Shown: one piece after another, positions 63,827 to 64,000 of the stretch
Layout: every line of letters begins with the position of its first letter
How positions within the stretch are numbered: the first letter of the stretch is position 1
From: an uncultured Phycisphaerales bacterium
Lineage (GTDB): Bacteria; Planctomycetota; Phycisphaerae; Tepidisphaerales; Tepidisphaeraceae
Direction: 5' to 3'
Assembly (NCBI GenBank): GCA_963758525.1
Contig: CAVWVQ010000003.1
Location: 4,608,001-4,672,000, forward strand
Length of the DNA: 64,000 nucleotides
Notes under the pieces: model-generated
Seen by the model: the letters and a program-made list of their open reading frames with translations, nothing else
The model's database searches: none
Told to the model about the DNA's origin: nothing
Position numbers and translations under genes: made by a program

Positions 63827-64000
63827 TGGTCCCGCGCAGGTTAGCCGCGACGCGGAGCGGAGCGCGTATCGTGGGATTGCGCGTGATCACTTGCGCCATC
63901 TCTCCTTTGAATACTCGCTCCGCTGCGCGTCTGGTCCCGCGCAGGTTAGCCGCGACGCGGAGCGGAGCGCGTATTCGTGGGGTTGCGCGCGTGATCACTT
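63827..64000. repeat. Two direct ~66-bp copies of a GTTAGCCGCGACGCG REP-like unit with an inverted half between them
   Basis: 63827-63892 and 63932-64000 near-identical; same family as 54470-54579. Confidence 0.85.

Noticed and set aside
63827..64000. CRISPR-like repeat at the window end
   Set aside because: Units are ~66 bp, match the REP-like family at 54470-54579, and the intervening sequence contains an inverted half-copy.

Overview
GC-rich bacterial DNA, most likely from a planctomycete of class Phycisphaerae (Tepidisphaerales-like). This assignment is inferred from a LEPR-XLL secretion motif, 'ATQP/TTRP' linker peptides, CxxCGYDLR zinc-ribbon membrane proteins and planctomycete-style REP hairpins. 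Most of the window (about 17.4-64 kb) is housekeeping and signalling DNA: tsaD, gnd, zwf, hisF, ppx, dprA, aroB, glpD, pdxA, ribE, carA, ECF sigmas, kinases and a two-component pair, with pcm and bioA at the left edge. Many genes carry single frameshifts that look like long-read consensus errors. The notable part is a ~13.2 kb accessory segment (3860-17102) bracketed by a ~316-bp imperfect direct repeat of the 3' end of a GH2-like gene. It holds a ~2,470-aa Ig/FN3/Calx-beta surface protein with a divergent C-terminal tip and a downstream partner gene. It also holds a mosaic (3.9-7.4 kb) of one intact and two truncated Y1/HUH (RAYT-like) transposase genes, IS66 3' ends, RHS fragments and an orphan 'tip + partner' module. 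In that mosaic, several junctions between unrelated fragments sit 18-20 nt from the start of a short recurring motif (TG[T/A]C[C/A]CC...TTC). The same motif forms 21-bp inverted repeats around the intact HUH transposase, which suggests a motif-directed fragment-shuffling system. Other oddities are an in-frame REP-containing ~95-aa insertion in tsaD and a GH2-like protein with both presumed catalytic glutamates replaced by aspartate. No tRNA, rRNA or CRISPR array was recognised.
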